Origin: Candidatus Harpocratesius repetitus
Lineage (GTDB): Archaea > Asgardarchaeota > Lokiarchaeia > Sigyniarchaeales > Promethearchaeaceae
DNA length: 32,000 nucleotides
Direction of reading: 5' to 3'
NCBI GenBank assembly: GCA_021498095.1
Contig: JAIZWK010000001.1
Location: 1,320,001-1,352,000, forward strand
Below, in pieces: positions 27,851 through 32,000 of the stretch. Position 1 is the first letter of the stretch. Every line of letters starts with the position of its first letter. Under the pieces are notes generated by a model that was not told the DNA's origin, searched no databases, and was given only the letters and a program-made list of their open reading frames with translations. The position numbers and the translations under genes are program-made.

Positions 27851-28912
27851 TTAGGATGGATTACTTAAGTTATTTTGAGTTAAAATGGAGACATGTAATT
27901 TTTCATCGACTTTTCGAAATTGTTTGCGCAGATATCTTTGAGTCTTACAGAACGAACAAATTTTTCCAAATGTTGGTCTTCCACATTGAGTGCATAAGTG
28001 TTCTGATTGTTCTGCCCTTATTTGGGATTGATATGCTTCATTTATTATAGGTTGAAGTTTTTTATAAAACCCACGTGTATACGCAATCATATTACCTTTC
28101 CTATATTCTTCAATTTCTAACAGAACTTCCTTTAATTTATTTACTGGTGATTGTCGGGCATAAGGGCATTCTGTGGGGAGATATGGTATGTTTTTATAAT
28201 AAGCATACATGGTAATTTCTAATTCACTTATGAAAAAGAGAGGTTTGACCCTGGGAACCAAGTATTTGGACTCGCTTTTCGATTTTGGACCTGGTCTACT
28301 TAAAAACATTAAATTTTGATTTAAAAAATTATTCAAAAGACTGGTCGCTTCATCGGTTAGATTATGGCCAGTTGCTACTGCTGTAAAACCACGCTCATAC
28401 GCAAATTTATTAATGTTATAGCGCTTAAATGAACCACAATAAGAACATTCTCCTCTAAATGCTTGTAAATCATATTGCCAATTTGATTTTTTATATATTT
28501 CTTTCAAGTTATGCAAATCATCAATGTTAATGCCGTAATCTTTCTTAACATTTATTGTATGAAATGGAATATCAAAATGTTTACACCAATCTTCTGCAAT
28601 TTTACCTGAGTCAAGTGAATAATTGTCTGTTTTAATTCCTAATTCAATGTATAAAGCTTCGATATCTAAATCTTTTGGATAGAGTGTCTTAATGATTGAT
28701 ATTAATACTTGTGAATCCTTTCCTCCACTCGCTGCAATCAGTAACTTTTCTCCTCGATTTGGGTGAAACATATGTTTTTTTTCTATTAGTTTTCTTACTC
28801 TCTTTTCGACATTTTCTAAGAAATGTTGTTTGCAGAGCGCCAAATTTGAATGGGGGATTTGAAACACAGCGGGTTGATGACACGTTTCAAAAAATTTACA
28901 CTTGCGACCCAT
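27851..28912 (-). CDS. ncsA: tRNA 2-thiolation protein, NcsA/Ctu1/TtuA family
   Basis: PP-loop SGGKDS, CSYC, ATGHN, CPY, N-terminal C…C…C-x2-HF and C-terminal CxxC…CxxC. The start is placed at ATG 28912 (MGRKCKFF) rather than the TTG at 28987. Confidence 0.85.
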   Translation of the reverse strand: MGRKCKFFETCHQPAVFQIPHSNLALCKQHFLENVEKRVRKLIEKKHMFHPNRGEKLLIAASGGKDSQVLISIIKTLYPKDLDIEALYIELGIKTDNYSLDSGKIAEDWCKHFDIPFHTINVKKDYGINIDDLHNLKEIYKKSNWQYDLQAFRGECSYCGSFKRYNINKFAYERGFTAVATGHNLTDEATSLLNNFLNQNLMFLSRPGPKSKSESKYLVPRVKPLFFISELEITMYAYYKNIPYLPTECPYARQSPVNKLKEVLLEIEEYRKGNMIAYTRGFYKKLQPIINEAYQSQIRAEQSEHLCTQCGRPTFGKICSFCKTQRYLRKQFRKVDEKLHVSILTQNNLSNPS

Positions 28913-29029
28913 GTTCCTTATGGATTCCAAGAATTCTTTCCATTTATCCCTTTTGCTTATGGTATAAAAAAGAGATGAAAATACCATTTTTCAATGAAAT
29001 TTTTATTTATGTAATTACATTGTAATTAT

Positions 29030-29284
29030 ATGGAGAAAATAAAAACGAAACTGATTCAGATTGGAAATTCTAAAGGGATTAGAATTCCAAAACATATTTT
29101 GGAAAGATTGAATCTCCATGATAAAATTGAACTTATAATTGATGATAAATTAGAACAAATCCTTATTAAATCAGATGATCCTCCACGGAAAAATTGGGAA
29201 AATTTATTCCAACAAATGCATGAAAAAGGAGAAGATAATTTATTGATCGATGATTCTTTAGATTTAGAAGAATGGGATTGGTGA
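29030..29284 (+). CDS. mazE: AbrB/MazE-family antitoxin
   Basis: IQIGNSKGIRIPK N-terminal motif and an acidic C-terminus ending LEEWDW. Confidence 0.9.
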   Translation: MEKIKTKLIQIGNSKGIRIPKHILERLNLHDKIELIIDDKLEQILIKSDDPPRKNWENLFQQMHEKGEDNLLIDDSLDLEEWDW

Positions 29285-29623
29285 TTTACAATTCCTAAAG
29301 TTAAAATTGAACAATATTCTGTTTATCTTCTAAATTTAGAACCAACAATTGGGCATGAAATTAGTAAAACTCGTCCTTGTGTGATAATTTCTCCAGATGA
29401 AATGAATAAATTTTTGCAAACAATTATTATCGCTCCGATGATTACGAAATCGCATAAATACCCTACCCGAGTCAAATTAAAGTTCGAAGGAAAAACAGGA
29501 TGGATTGTCCTTGATCAAATTCAAACTGTCGATAGAAGAAGGATTGTGAAAAAATTGGGAACAATAGATGCGCAATCAATAATGACAATCAAGGAAACAC
29601 TTAAAGAAATGCTAGTTGACTAA
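29285..29623 (+). CDS. mazF: PemK/MazF-family endoribonuclease toxin; start codon not identifiable
   Basis: The frame upstream of the ORF-track start reads IEQYSVYLLNLEPTIGHEISKTRPCVIISPDEMN…YPTRV…IVLDQIQTVD. There is no in-frame ATG/GTG/TTG between the mazE stop and this conserved N-terminus. Confidence 0.85.
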   Translation, partial: FTIPKVKIEQYSVYLLNLEPTIGHEISKTRPCVIISPDEMNKFLQTIIIAPMITKSHKYPTRVKLKFEGKTGWIVLDQIQTVDRRRIVKKLGTIDAQSIMTIKETLKEMLVD

Positions 29624-29932
29624 AAAATAGAAAATTTTTCCTGGATACAGATAGATCTCCCTTTTCTAATTAAGGGCAAGATACTACTTTCCAGTTTTTT
29701 AATAATAATATAGCAAAATTTTATTAACTTTACACTCTGTTTTATCTTACAACATAGAAGCAAGTATCACAATTCCAAAAGAAATGTTCATATTCGCTTT
29801 CTTTCATACTTGATGACGATCCAATCTTCAGTCGATCTTGGGGAAGTGCAGAAGGGTAGGAAGATCTTTTGTGAAGAACACAAACTTTTGATGAATTGCA
29901 TGCTGCTGTGCTTAATTAGGTGTTAATTTACA

Positions 29933-32000
<2,068 letters not shown>

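Noticed and set aside
29840-29900. Possible decayed AN1-type zinc-finger remnant (KCRRVGRSF, then CEEHKL after a frameshift)
   Set aside because: Needs a frameshift and lacks several Cys ligands. Too short to distinguish from chance.
29760-29932. glmS ribozyme in the glmS leader
   Set aside because: The conserved core (AGCGCC and GACGAGG) is absent.

Overview
This is an AT-rich archaeal window. A Lokiarchaeia/Asgard-type origin is inferred from a tRNA with a bulge-helix-bulge (BHB) intron, tRNAs without encoded CCA, an archaeal-type NadM, and longin-like and LRR-like proteins. It cannot be proven without a database search. Housekeeping genes are partial rtcA, a CinA/PncC-domain gene, a three-gene operon with two Glu/Leu/Phe/Val dehydrogenase paralogs opposite a duplicated Lrp-like regulator, a SAM hydroxide adenosyltransferase overlapping an N-terminally extended NadM, ogt, valS, tRNA-Ala(CGC), an NcsA/TtuA-family thiolase, a MazE/MazF pair, glmS and partial leuS. 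The most notable items are: (1) an intron-containing tRNA-Ile with a UAU anticodon; (2) a membrane-anchored double winged-helix (wHTH) regulator with a ~640-aa acidic ectodomain, whose ectodomain-only paralog lies downstream; (3) a ~5.3-kb insert between those two genes, bounded by a 65-bp direct repeat containing the paralog's ribosome-binding site and start codon, and carrying an IS remnant, an interrupted ~1100-codon frame and an LRR-like gene; (4) an uncharacterised C-terminal domain shared by two otherwise unrelated ORFs, each next to a tRNA; (5) a longin-like/helical-repeat protein encoded with two paralogous coiled-coil proteins. All alignments were done by eye and no searches were run.
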